Positions 34,013-48,100 of a DNA stretch of 64,000 bases are shown here, in pieces. This stretch comes from Azolla caroliniana (Eukaryota; Plantae; Polypodiophyta), in assembly GCA_043228905.1 (NCBI GenBank), contig JBHGNT010000011.1, positions 806,001-870,000 of the forward strand, in the 5' to 3' direction. Each line of letters starts with the position of its first letter. The first letter of the stretch is position 1. The notes below the pieces were generated by a model. It saw nothing but the letters and a program-made list of their open reading frames with translations, made no database searches and was not told the origin of the DNA. The position numbers were made by a program, and so were the translations under genes.

Positions 34013-36010
34013 TGCCTTGTCTATATGTTTGGTTTGTATGTCTCTTCTGTATGTTCATGACTATTTGCTTCCGAATCATAGTGAGGCCCGACGAGGGAAT
34101 CACGACCATGGGCTATGGTGGGTGGTGGGCGTGTGTGATCTGCACCATCATATCTTTATCCAAAAAAGTGTGCGGCTTGCCGATAACCCAGCTCTGACCA
34201 GACTCTGTCACGAGTAACTTGACCCTGCCCCTTCTACAACCACCGATAACCTAGCTCTGTCACTGATAACCCAACTCTTCCCCTTCTACTGTCACCAATA
34301 ACCCGGCTCTTTTGGGTAACCCACCATGAAAAAAATTCAAAGATCAAAAGATTCGGATATATAAAAACTCCACCATGAAAATTAAAATGCGCAAGAGGCG
34401 ATATTCTAAGTAGTTCCTCCTTCATTGCTATTTGATGATAGTCATAGGATGTCAATCACTCGGATATGGTCGAATTACAACTTCTTGGATGATTGTATAC
34501 TTAGCAATATGGTTCATGTCATACTTGATACAAAGATTCTATTCACAAAAATAGTTTCAACATCTGTTGTTTATCACTGCACTTCAAAAATTGCCAACCT
34601 GCGTCGTGCTCTTGTAGCACTATAACAATTGTTGGAAAGGTATCCAACTTCAGCTGTGCTACATTGTGATTTGCAGCAAATAAAAAGCAGTTTAAAAGAA
34701 AAACAAGAGGCACGCTCAATGTTCTTTTACTATTGTAATGTTGCTCATTGGTCGCAAAGGCAGGATCATGTCAATAATGAATTCTTCAATCAGTTTAAAC
34801 GAAAAAATAGACATGTTTCTATTACTTCTTTGAAGCAGCTTGATGGATCCTATACATCATACGACTCTGAGATGCGATGTATAGTCTCGGATTATCATCA
34901 TCAACTATTGTCTGCTGAATCTTTTTCAGCAAATAGTTTTTACAAGAAACAAGTTGTCCTTGCAATTGTTCAATAGAAGGTTACATATATAATGGCCTCT
35001 CATTTATTGCAACCATTTAAATCTCAAGAGGTTTTTTCTGCAGCTAAATCCTTAGGTAAGGATGTTTGTCCGGGAAGAGATGGAATAGGAGTTGGCTTCT
35101 ATTTGCAGTATTGGGATTTTCTTGGTCCTCTCCTTACTAGAGCAGTTAATTTAATATTCTCAAGCCGCGGTAATATGCATGCGGAATGGACGGAAGGAAT
35201 CATATATATGATTCTTAAGTCAGATGCTCAGTGTAACGAAGTCTCCAAGTGGCGGCCAATAACATTGCTTAGTGACATTTATAAGATTGTGGCAAAAACC
35301 ATTGCTATTAGATTACGATCGGTGTCGTTGTCTATTATTCATGACATACAATCAGGTTTTCTACAATATAGGAGTATTTTTTATAATATCTTTTTGTTAT
35401 GGGAAATGGTTGCATTGGCTCAACAAAATAAACAACAACTTGCAGTATTATTGCTTGACTTTGAGAATGCTTATGATAAAGTGGATTGGAACTTTCTTGA
35501 GGCAGTGCTATCAAGATTAGGTTTGAACCTGTTGCATGGATAAAAGGTGTTTCCGCTGTATACAGGAATGCATCTAGTTCAGTTTTGTTCACTAGAGGAT
35601 ATGGGCCGCTATTTCCCATCTCCAAGTATGTTAGGCAAGGATGCCCTCTTGCCCTTTGTCCTCCTACCTAAGATCGTCTTTGGATGGTATAAAAGACATA
35701 GTATTACCTGTTACACAATCTATTGTATTGGATGTTGAGTTTGCAGATGACACGGGCCTTTGTGTTGATGGGGAGATAGGTAATCTTGGTTGGGTACAAG
35801 ATGCTTTGCAGGTTTTCTCGGATGCTATAGGTGCATCACTTAATTGGAATAAGTCAGTCAGCCTTTGGGTGGGTGAAGAAGCAATGATATCTCCGTTGGT
35901 ATAGATTTGAGGCCAAAAGTAATGATATCTCTGTTACTATCATCAATAAAACGTAAACTACTATATTGGGATGCCCAACAATTGTCCTTTGCAGGTGAGG
36001 TTGTAATAGA

Positions 36011-36514
36011 TGTCATAGATAAGATAACATTCATGTCAAGATTTGAACTCTTGACCACTTGTATTATAGTCAAGTGTTATGTTCTAACCAACACATCCAA
36101 ATACATGGTCATGTTATGTATATCTTAGTAGATTATCTATTTCAAGTTCTAGAAGTTAACTTTTTAGAAAGTTCTAAAACTAAAAGGTTCTAGAATATTC
36201 TCCCAAATATTATAACGCATGTACTTCAACTTGTAGTATAAATACTTGTAACCTCCTTGGTCCCTTTCAAGGGATTCAACACTGGTCATTGACACATCAA
36301 TCTAGTATTCTTGTTTCGCCCCATCTTGTCTCATTGATCTTTATCTCTGTCTTCATGCTCTTGTGTCGTTCCCAGTTTCTTAAGTTCCTCGTCTAGTCAC
36401 TCCCAACTTCCTGAGTTTCTAGCCTCAGCATTTCTAGTTCCAAGTTCATAGCATGTTGCTCATAGCCCCATCATCCATGCTCCGTCGGAGTCCGCGCTTA
36501 GTGTGTCTGTGACA
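36011..36514. mobile_element. Solo LTR (~504 bp) inserted in the LINE
   Basis: TGTCA...TGACA ends; interrupts the LINE frame at FAGEVVI|..NLVLLDSMWF; degenerate 5-bp TSD (ataga/ataac); TATA box at ~36237. Confidence 0.7.
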
Positions 36515-37491
36515 ATAACAAACTTAGTATTGTTGGATTCAATGTGGTTTATAGAATCTGTTTGGCTATTTTCTAGATTTGCAATAAAAAAGTGCAAATC
36601 TTGATCCGTAATTTCCTCTTTGGGGGGGGGGGGGGACATGGATCTCCAATAGTAGCCAAAGTTGTTGGGAATGTGTTGATTCAACCTAAAAGCAATGGAG
36701 GGTTGGGTTTGATAGATCCTTTGATGCAGTCAAGAGCCCTCTTGACTAAGTTTATGATCAGAGGATTGCTACTAGGATCAGATGCTTGGAAAGGAATATT
36801 TCTAAATTAGTTAATGCAATTCAAGTCCTAAAACAGGAGGAGTTTGTTGTTATGAATCATAAGGGCAAAGGATGTGATTAAGTCATTCTTGCTAAAGGAC
36901 AATCCTTCTACACGGGATGCATTACTTAATCAACCTCTTCTTGCCAATTCTCTATTTTAGGATAATGCAGGGAAAAGTGTTGGTTGGGCCTAAGAACTCG
37001 CATTGCCTAGGGTAAATTGGATAATGGGCTAGCTGCATCTGTAAGAACTTGGACTCAATTTCAGCAAATGCCACAATAAGATCGTCTTGCTCATTTACAA
37101 TCTGCTCATGGTGCCAAGATAATGACTGCTAGCATATCAGTAGCATATTCTTTGTTTTCTACAACCTTCCAACCCAAGTAGGAACATCTATGGTATGGAT
37201 GCTTCGTAAATGACACATTGATGGTTGTGAAGGGTGTTTCACCTAATGGGTGCACTTCTTATTTTCAGGTCCTAGACAACCATAGATTGCAACCTTATAC
37301 CTTTAATTGCAATTATCTATAGCACTTTGTGAAGTGCACCAGTCAGAGTGGTTGCTAAAAGTGGAAAGAAATGGATGCTCGATCCTTATCCTTTAATTGC
37401 TCATACGTGTGATATGATGTGGTTATATGCAAAAGACCCTATTGCAAGATTAACATGGGTCCATCCGAGGGGTTGGTTTTGGTCACATTCC

Positions 37492-38090
37492 TGTTGGGAA
37501 ACATGTCCCTCCGAACGGGAAGAAGAGAACGAACCGAATCGAGGACACAAGGGTAATCCGGTCGAGGTCAATAAGTCGAGGCTGAGATCGAAATCGAGAA
37601 CCGAAATCAATTTCGTAGCCGATTCGGAAGACTATATTTGTAAATAGTCCAAATGTGCCCTTTGTGGGCTATGCTTGTAAATAGCTAGAAAGTTGTTGTA
37701 GTATATAAACAACTAGGGCAAACTTTAGATTGTAGGTGAATCATTGTAGTTGATCATTGTTTTAAACTTACACTGAAGGTGGTTGCCTCTGTAACTGTGA
37801 GTAAAAGAGAGTGAGTGAGAGTAGTAACTTAGTAGCCGTCTGATAGACGAATAAGATCTCGAGGTCGTTGCTTTGAGCTTCTTATTGTACTTCTCCTCTA
37901 TCATAGTGATTCTGTTTTGCGGGGTTTGTGGACCCCCGTGGTTTTTCCTAGTTCGGGTTTTCCACATAAAATATCGTGTGTCTTTGTTCTTCGTTTTCTG
38001 CTCCTCATTTTTGTCTGTGCATTTACCAAACTTGTTTCTTTGCACTCGAATGTGAACATGAAACTGGTTGTGGTCGATCGATCCCTAACA
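37492..38090 (+). mobile_element. Solo LTR (599 bp, copia-like) inserted in the LINE
   Basis: TGTTGGGA...TCCCTAACA ends; perfect ATTCC TSD (37487-37491, 38091-38095); TATATAAA; GTGGTTTTTCC...GGGTTTTCCAC U5-like motif. Confidence 0.9.
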
Positions 38091-40221
38091 ATTCCTTGGG
38101 GGAACAAATCATAAAGGTTCCCTTCTTTCATTGCTCAGTAAAACCTGGATGATCATTATTGTTCTCTCAGAATGTAACGATACCAACAACTCAGAAACAT
38201 TGGACCACCTGGGTGTCTTAACTTTGCATTTGAATAACTACTAGAGATGGATCTAGTCATTTAATGGGCCAACTAAATTTATTCTCTTCAGATGGCTATT
38301 AGTGCATATGGCATTACTAATTGGTCATTCATTGAAAGGGAATGTAGCACCCAATCTTCGGCAAATGTGGCTTTTGCCATGAAGCTCAGGAGACTGCCAA
38401 GCATGTCCTATGGTCTTGTCCCCTGGCTCAACAACTATGGAATAAAGTCCTTTCGTTATTCTTAACAATCAATGCCGACCGCCTATTTTCATGGGGATCA
38501 GTGATGTTGGGAGTGTTAAATTCCCGCTTAATGTTGTATGAGACAGTCAATGTTCAGGAAGCAATGATGGTACATAATAGAAGATTGATATTAGTTAGCC
38601 CTTTTCACCAACCTCGAAATGTCTAGGTTTGGAAAACTGTGACTACGGTAACGTTATGGGCATTATGGAAATGTCGATGTAACCAACTTTATGATGTGGT
38701 ATATCTTCGTCTCTCAGATGTCCTACTTGAGATATGGGAGAACTTGTTGGTAGTAGTCCGTGGCTAGTATGACAATATGCATGGTGAACAAGAGAAGGAA
38801 GATGCTTCTTCACTTATGGAAAAAGTAGCCCCTGTTTACAGAGTCAACTCAAGGGCCTCAATGGCACTATCGATTTCCATGGACCGTTTCTTGAATATCA
38901 GTAAATAATGGCAGTGTACATCAACAAATTCCAACACCTTCTACAAAGTCCTATCTTCGGTCTTAGGACTATTGTACATCATTGTACATAAAAAGTTGTA
39001 ACCTTATGGGCAGACAAGTTCAAGTTGTAGCCTTCAGGAGTTTTTTCTTAATACTATTGAAGGAAATCTTTGAAAGAAAGAAATAACGCGCACAAACCAT
39101 CACCAAATGTAAAACAAAAAGTTAGAGATAATTCCAAACACCATTCCATCTCAGATATCGGCCACCATTAAAATTTGAGCAACAAAAAGTTTAACCACAA
39201 AAAAATCCAAACTTTTTTTTGAAGATACCAGAAACTTCAACTTACACAAAAATTTCAATCACAAAAAGTTTCAAAGATCACAAGCTATCCAATTCATGAC
39301 AATGCAAACATTAAACCTTCTCTATCTCACATATTGGCAACTGCCTCTTAGGACAACCAACAACTCTCTGTAGTCTTTTGGTGTGTGTTTTGGTCTTGTT
39401 TGGGGAACTGCCAATAAGTTATTGCGAAATGTTTAGCGTGGCTCCTCTTTTCGCACCAATTTGTTGCTTTTGATTGATTGGACCTCTAGATGGCATATTG
39501 GAAGAAGTTGATGCACCCATTGATGAGAGCATATGATTTTGAAGATCTACCATGAGTTGCCAACGACGTTCAACAACAACATTGTTCATTGCTCTCGATC
39601 CTTGCTCAAACAATTGAAGTGCTTCTAACTTCATTGGTTTCCTTTCTTCGACTTCTGCGCTCATCCCAACTTTTGCTTCTTGCGTCAACTCTAGTTCTGC
39701 ATCGACTATGGCATCATCCATTCACATTTGGGCCACATGATCTGTACATGGTAATGACCCACAAAGGGATGACATATGCCTCTCAGTGATCATTTGAATT
39801 CTGAGTAAATGCTCATATTTACTTGCAAGGTCTTGGCAATCACATTAATAGCATTGGAGCAAGATATTGTACCATAAAGTGGAAGTCAACATCCTCAAAA
39901 TTCTAAACCAATATCAGGCCTCATTATTGGCCGGCATGGGGTAGTTTACAAAACAAGAATATACAAAATGTAATGGCAAAATTCCAAAGATTTATAATAT
40001 CGATAGACCCAAAACAAAACGTGCCCATTTTGACATATTCATTTGAAGGAGCTCCGTGTCTTCATGTCCAAACAAATGCTTCGACCCTTATCAAACAACA
40101 ATTCTAAGAACCAACATACGAGGACTAATTGTACACAATCAGAATATGAAATACACTTACAAAATCTAGAGATCCCAAACCTTGTATAGAATCTTCCACT
40201 AGCATCTGAATAGTTTGCATC

Positions 40222-40398
40222 ATGTAATATCTACAATCAGTCCCATTGGGTTGAGTTGGTATGTGGAGTTCATGATGTCGGTTCTCTGGTGTATGATGCC
40301 ATTATCTCCAATGTAATATCTACAATCAGTCCCATTGGGTTGAGTTGGTATGTGGAGTTCATGATGTCGGTTCTCCAATATATGATGCCATGATCTCC
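40222..40398 (+). repeat. 89-bp tandem duplication
   Basis: ATGTAATATCTACAATCAGTCCC... starts at 40222 and again at 40311. Confidence 0.9.
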
Positions 40399-41611
40399 GG
40401 GCGTGCTTGAAACCTTCCTTACAACCATCTATGCCAAACTCTTCAAGGAAAGGGTTGTTAGACTATTCAATGAATCATAGTGCATCCAAACTAGTTGGAT
40501 TGTTGTGCATCTTCATCCAAAGCATCGTTGGGTTTCTGATATGACAATTAAATTTTAAGTCAAGCTACTGCATTGAGTGAGGTTATTGCGATGAGTTTGA
40601 CAATCGCATCAAGTTGGGCTATTGCGATGAGTTGGGACCCAACATTGAGTCGGGTTACTGAAATGAGTCTAGCTATTGAAATGAACATTGGAGTCGGGCT
40701 ATTGTAATGAACATTAGAGTCAGGTTAATTAGAGTCTGCATTAGATAGTAAAGAGGAAATCTACCAAATTCTTTGTCGACGTATGAAAATTAACCAAAAA
40801 GCCAAGGACAAGTTTTAGCTTGGTACTCGATTAACATGCATTTTAATTGAAATTTAGTAGATTGATCGGACAATCAACGACAGATTATATGGCAACAAAG
40901 AGGTAAACAACTCCAAATTAGAGGTGCCTACGAAGCTATTGACCTTGGAATCTTTAAAAGAACGAAGAAACAACGCGAGCATCAATGCAAAATATCTAGC
41001 CTTGGATATATACATGGGCATTCTAGTAAGAGGCATGACATGGTTTAGAACACTCTAACTAAAACCATGTCTCGACCAAATTAGGAAGGGACATGAAAAC
41101 GTACATGAAAAGGCAAACCAATCGGACAATGGCTAATGGGCATCGAGGAGTTGGGAGCTTTGCTTGTGTTGTCACAAGATCTACCCACTAGCTTCTGAGA
41201 ATGATTCCTCTCGAATTCCCGTGGCCATAACTATTATTACTTATCCCCACACTCATTCATGCTCCCTTTCTTTCTTTCTTTCTCTCTCTCTCTCACATTC
41301 TCGTCGCTATAACAATTATATTACCTATCCCCATGCTCACAGATACTAGAGAGGAACATACATTCTGAAATACCCACTTCTCGGTAGAGATAAAGATTGA
41401 TTCGGATTCATGAGGCTTGTATTGGGTCATATACAACTACTTGCATTGGCAAGTGCCAAAGGGCAATTTAATTCACGAGGCTTGTCTTGGCCATGGAATG
41501 TTCTGGGGACCAATGTCGGATGGGAGAGGTCTCTTCTGTCTATCTCTCTCTCTGCATTGAGACAGCCGGACACCGGACACCGGCATGTCTCTCTCTAAAT
41601 TTTTGTTTCTA

Positions 41612-41742
41612 GCCACGTGGCTGTTTTCCATTCGCTGACCCTTGGGACGGGCGACCGGCCAAAGGAGAACGGCCACGTGGTCCGGGCGAGTGGAATCCGC
41701 CACGTGTCAGTGGTGGCAGCGAATGGAGACCCGCCACGTGGC
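41612..41742. promoter_or_regulatory. Cluster of four G-boxes (GCCACGTG) upstream of CSK
   Basis: CACGTG at 41614, 41674, 41701 and 41735, followed by a (GAA)n-rich leader. Confidence 0.7.
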
Positions 41743-42135
41743 CAATCTTTAGCGCGAGAATAAGAAGGAAGAAGAAGAAGAAGAAGAAGAAGAAGATGAT
41801 GATGACATAGCTGCAGAAGGAAGAAGGAGAAGCAGTAGCAGAAGAAGGAAGAAGAAGAAGAAGAAGAAGAAGCAGAAGAAAAAATAGCTGTAGTAGCGGA
41901 AGGAAGAAGAAGGAGCAGAGATAGCTGAAGCGGAAGGAAGAAGGAAGATGAATCAAACAGATTGAATGGAGTGGCGTTGTATCGAGCCAGGGGTCAGGTT
42001 TAGGGTTTATTGGATGGACACGAAGCTCATCTTCGCCCCAGGACGAATCATTATTTCCTGATGTTGATGGCACGCTCCTCTCTCAGTTACTTTTCCCCTG
42101 GGCATCACGCGGTGATATGATTGAACTTGATTCTG

Positions 42136-45100
42136 ATGGCATCCATTGCGCCTCCTTCTGTGTGCCAATGTCTTCTTTCTTCACCCCCTCTGCCTTCTCC
42201 CTGCTGGCGTTTCCATCAGGAAAAACAGATGGTTCCCCTCAGCATCTTATCCAGTTTTTTATTGGCTACACGAACACAATCAAAACGTAAGTGTTAAAAA
42301 AAAACTCGTCTTTTTGCTTATGGCGTCGGATTATATGCATTTTTCCTTTTCCCTATGCGGAATCTCTAGTGTTTCGTCACCATGTATGTTTCCTTCTCTT
42401 GAATGTGCTCGTCTTTCATCACCGTTTATGGTTCTGTCTCTTGAATGTTCCGGTCTTTCATCATCATGTATGGTTCTTTCTCTTGAACAATCTGGTCATC
42501 TCGAATGATGGTATGTTAAACTCGTTTCTTTTTTACAGTTTAATGGATCTGATCTTGTTTCCTTCTGTAAAGTCTTTGAGGACACTCTTTTGCATGTCAA
42601 AGAAGACTGAATTAGTGGGTTTATAGGTGGAAGCATGTATCTCATCATCTTCATGTTTTCCTTACAATATGGTCCTCTCTCTTGAATTTCCATGTCTACT
42701 TTGTATCTTTCATTCAAATCCTTTGTTGGCTAAATTACAAAGGAAATCGAGAAGTAAGTCTTAAGCTCCCTTCTTTCTTTCAAATTTCTTGTCAAGCTTG
42801 GCTCATCAGAGTTTTTTTAACATAGAGTGCCATAATTGCACGATTTTCTTTCCTTCTTCTGGTTTATGGGATCTTTTATTTCATGCTTGTGCATGTGAGA
42901 CGTATTTTCAATACCGTGTTTCGTCATCTTTATATGTTTCTTGAGGAGGGCAGAGCCCATAATAAGAGGATTTATTGCTACTTTGTGGATTTCTGAAAAG
43001 CCTTTGACAGTATGCCACGTGCTCGGCTTATGCAACGGCTAGATGCCCTTGTGTTCCTATAGATATGCAATGGGGAATCAATGCACTCTATGATCCGTGT
43101 CAGGAAAAGTGCGGTCTTCCAAGGGTTTGTCAGAGGCGGTGGCTAGCAAACTTAGCGTGAAGCAAGGATGCCCAATATCGCACACTCTCTTCTGTCTCTA
43201 TATAGATGAGGTATCACATTACATAGAGAGATTCGGGGGGTTAGGGAGCATCCTTAGTGGCTCTAGCTATTCAAATATTACTATATGCTGATTTTTGACT
43301 CTCCGGAGGGACTACAAAGACATCTAAATGCCTTAAAACTATTTTGTATGGATAAAAGTTTGTCGATAAACATGGATAAAAGTAAAGTGATGTGTTTAAC
43401 ACCACTCAAGCATGGGTAACAAGATCAAAACAAGAATTCTTCTTGGGAGAGAAAAAGGTGGAATACGCACGCTCCTACACATACCTAGGAGTAACATTTA
43501 CAGGGCTTAGGTTCTTCTTACAAGAAGCTGCTTGTGCCCGAATTTCTCGTGGATATGCAGTCTTTGGTTCTCTCAAAATACAATGTGCACATTTGCAGTT
43601 CTAAGAGTCATGAAATAAGCTGTGGTTATTTGATACACTTGTTATATGGGGTAGAAACGTGGCGACCGAGTCTTAACAAGGCAAATCATTGGAAAGATTT
43701 AGAGAGAGCTTTAGTGTCAATGATTGCCCGCATGATAAGGAGCAAAGCATCGTTGCCCCATGATATAATCTGGGCAGAGATGGGAATGACCCCTATATTC
43801 ATTGGGGCATTGTTCCGATCAGTGACTTGTATCCAACATCTTTGGGAGCTTCCTAAACAAAGGTACCCAAGGTTGGCACTTATGTCATCAAGACAACTGG
43901 CTGAAAATGGAGACATTCATTGTTGAGTATGCTGAAATGCAGCAATGGTTCGAGTTACATGGCATAAGCATAAATGCACTACCCCTAGTCTAGTTTCAAT
44001 ATAGCTTGGACTGTTCTCACTCAAACATGACCAAAGTGGACAAGAGTAGAGTAATCCGAATTGATATTATTAACTTGGGAAACAAGATACCATGGATCAG
44101 CCCCAAACTATCACGTGGTACAAAGATGGCCCACTATGAGACACTTTTTACACACATCGGAGGATGGATTCATCATCAGGCCACCTTATATGGACATACA
44201 ACTATCCTATGCACTGCATAGTGTGATAGGGCAGCTGCGAACTTATCACATTAGTTAGAGATTGAGGTAGGCATATATACACGAATACCTCTAGAAGAAA
44301 GAATTTGTCAATTGTGTCATCAAGGAATGGAATCGGAAGAACACTATGTTTGCGATTGTAGTGTCTTTTATGAAATAAGAGGAGATACCATTGCCTCTTT
44401 AAACAAGGCTTTGGCCCACTACGCAAGGTAATGGAATATGAGGACCAACAGTGCCTAGGACTTTTCTTGCTAGAACTCAAGAGACACAGGGACAAGTTGT
44501 TGAAGGACAATATTACAACCACACAAGCTCATCCACAAAGAACAATCACAACTTTTTGTAGCCTTATTAGTCCTACCGATGCTACAAGTTAATCAAGGGC
44601 TACACAAATGGGCTCCCGACCAGGACATAACAAAGGGGTTACAATAGATTGGGCAATAGCAATTTGTCGAGCATGTAGGCCCAGCCTCACGGACCACGAC
44701 CTCACCACCCTTGTCATCGACATATAAAGGCCATTATCTCTTGCCATCGCAGGCGCTTCCCTCACTTCAAAGACCTCTCCATTCTGGATCGACCTATGCT
44801 AGAGATATTTTGAAGAAAAAAGTTATAATATATCTAACTTGAGAATCTTTAGTCTCTTTTTATCTTATTTACTTTTATGTTTACTTAGTAATATTATATT
44901 TATTTATATTTGTTGTTCTCAAAGACGAGACAACACTTAAGATGTAGTCTTTTGGTTGGTTCTATAGGCTATTTTGGCCTATTAAAAGACGTTAATATAT
45001 CTTTCTTTCTTTCTCTCTATCTTGAATGTGCTGACATGTAGCATCTTTCATTTCATGTCTTTCTTGGCAACATGAAGGAAATTGGAAAGGAAGCATTACA

Positions 45101-48100
45101 ACTTCTCTTCTACTTTTTCATTCTCCTATCAGAATAGACTTGGAGTCTTTTAAAATATGGAATTCTGTTGCATGATCCTTTCTCTTTCTTGTGCTAACTG
45201 GTTGATAAGATCATCCATTGTAAGGGAACCATATATTCAATCCTGCATTTCATCATCTTCACGTTTTCTTTACAAATAGTCTTGTTGCATGCCATGTTCT
45301 CCTCTCTATTTCTTGAATTTGTTGGCCTGTAGGATCTTTTATTTCACACATTTACATGTGAACTATATTTCCAATCGTGTTTTCATCCTCATGTTTTCCT
45401 CATGATATGGTTCTCTATCTTGAATTTGGTTGCTTATAAGATGTTTTATTTTACGCTTCTGTTTGATACAGAAAGGCAGAGAAGTGAAAATTTTCATTGC
45501 ATTTTCCTTTAAAAGAGACCCATTTCAGTGTTTTTGTTATCCAAATTTCAGATTTCGGCTGTGAAAATAGGTTGGTTTTCTCATATGAATCATGTCTTTT
45601 ATCGACAACTTTTCCTTTCTCTTTCTTGAATCTGCTAGGCCATTCATTTGGTGCGTTTATATGTGAAATATATCTGGAATCTCTCATAGGATTGGGTGGT
45701 CTCAATGATATTTCATTTCATTCTTTGGTATGTGAACAATTTGTGTGCAGGCTCACTCTATAAGGACAAATACTATCATTTTGTATCCGCATGGTCTTCA
45801 CCTCAGCCTTCACTTAGGGAAGTACAAAATATCGACAGTTTTCCATCGTCAGCCAATGCAATTGTAGCGGCAATCAATACTGTAGCCTCCTCTACTGTAG
45901 AATTATCTTTCAGAAGAGATCCGGAGACAAAGGAGTTGTTTTCTGGCCCTAGCGAAGACTTTTTAGAGCTTTGCCAACAGCAGCTCATTATATGTGACAG
46001 TTTGTTGGGGGCAAATGCAAAGTTCACGGTGAATACTTGTTTCCTCATGTTTTTGGAAAAGGGAAAAACACTCTGAAATACCATTGAGTTTTTTGTAACA
46101 AGGGGTATTACAGATTATGACAATTTAGGGGCATTTGGGGAAATAAAAGAAATCTCAGGGTATTTCAGAGTTTTTCCTGATGGAAGATGAATCATTTTCC
46201 GTGGTTATATCTCCATAAGTATGGTCAATGTTTCAGGTCTATATAAGGCCTGCAGAAAGCTATGGTAAAGCAGGAATGGAGTTTAGGAGAGTTGCAGCTC
46301 ACCCTACGTGGATGTTGGGAGAGTATGATGCAAATATCGTTATAGTTGGTAACTATGATACCTCTGGTGTTCTACAGTCAGCGGAATCAGCATTATTGGA
46401 GAGAGAGGTAGAATATTAAAGATGGTCATCATAAGACGTAAGACAAGAATACATGGCTTAGCCAGCTGACAACTGAATTCTTTATATACAGGCTGTGGAG
46501 ATCCCAAAACTTCATGCTTTGGTTTTGCCAATGGTGAAGGACTTCTTTTTGGTTGGTATGTTGGTAGCAGAGTTAATATCTCCAAGACCACAAGAGATCT
46601 CTAAACATGGAAAAGTAAAAGCTCTAAGACCAGAATGGCCCCCTCGCCAAGGAACCTTGCGCGTACAGCAGCTGGGAGAAGCAGAAGGACCCGATGGAAA
46701 GAATAGCAATGCAGCCAGTCCATCAAACATAGTTAGTTATTTTTCAGAAGAACAACAATCACAAGGAAGAAAGATAGCTCAATCGTTAGCAATTGCTAGC
46801 GTGATGGATCAGGTACAATTTCTCTTCTTCAGATACATTGTAATGATTGTATAAAATCTCCTTGGGGAGAATGGAAACGTTCATTCTCCAGGTTCCACAC
46901 ATCTTAGCTACTCTAGAGTGATATCAATCTCCCATTGGTACAATGTAATCAATGAGGCTTTATTTCTCAGATATGACATCAACATTTCAATGAAATTAGG
47001 ACTAATTCTTCGTGATTGCAGAGGGCCTTACTGTCACAACAATCTTCGTGGCGAAGTGGAGTTCATATAGGAGATCTTTTGGAGAAAGTAAGCATTTATT
47101 ATATGATTAATAATGCTATTTCATCACCTGTTTGAAATCAGTCATTCTTGGTTTCATCGAGATATGAAAAATGGGGCGAATTCCTTTGCATGATCAGAAA
47201 CAATTTGTGATGCAAGATTAAAACTTCTGTGCAAGATATTATTTAGAAGAATGCTATGTAAAGTGTAAAAATGGATGTTATGATGATAAAGTGATGCAAG
47301 CATGTTGCCTTAAAGATCTTGGTAAGGTCAAAGGAGTAGGTGTTCTTTGCATGTAGGTACATATGCAATGAAGTCATCACCTTGAATAACAGCTTCTATG
47401 CTTTTGACATCAAGAAGAGAGAGGAGCTTCATTTATCAAGTTGTTAAACCTAATCTTATGTTTCTCTATAATCTTTCCTAATGTTTGTTTAACTATTGAA
47501 GTTATTGCTTGAACGCTCTACCTTCATGACATTCTACTCGGCTTAATGTGTCTGTGTACCATATTACTATAATATGCATACGCATATCCTATCAAGTTCC
47601 TGTCAAGAATTACAGAATGTACAGTCAACTGGTGGAATGTTTCATAATGTAAATTTTCATTTTATACATATATATTTTCTCTCTGATACAATCTTGAAAT
47701 GTATAGGTGCGAGGGCCTTTAGCTGCAATACGGACTCTTGGAAAAATGCTTCAGCCACAGCTGAAGAGAGGAGAGGTTGCAATATTATATACAATAGTTA
47801 ATAAAATTATTGACATTTCCTACGTTTTATTTTATCTATGCAACAGTTCTAATTGAGATATACACGATGTAGATTTCTAGTGATGTCTTGGAAGATATAT
47901 TAGTACAAGGAGAGCACATGAAGGATGTTGTCCAGAAATTTCAAGATGTGGTTTATGTTAGCAAGGTGAATGTTCGTCTTGCTATATTGTTTTTGGATTA
48001 TTGTCTTTCTCTTTTTGTATCCAGATTGTGACGTGCCATTGTTTTTTATTGTCTATGCTTCAATGTAGTTAAGGATGAAGCTTTCTATTAATGATAGATT

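Larger units (their letters stand above)
34490..38990 (+). mobile_element. Decayed LINE (L1/Tx1-like ORF2), interrupted by two solo LTRs
   Basis: RT fragments PGRDG, KWRPITLL, LLLDFENAYDKVDW, EFADDTGL, PKSNGGLGL; C-terminal zinc-finger-like C..C....ET..H...SC at ~38365-38420; many stops and frameshifts. Confidence 0.85.

Noticed and set aside
27906-34217. ORFs over microsatellites (poly-ER/SL, HT/VC-rich)
   Set aside because: Artefacts of simple repeats lacking stop codons.
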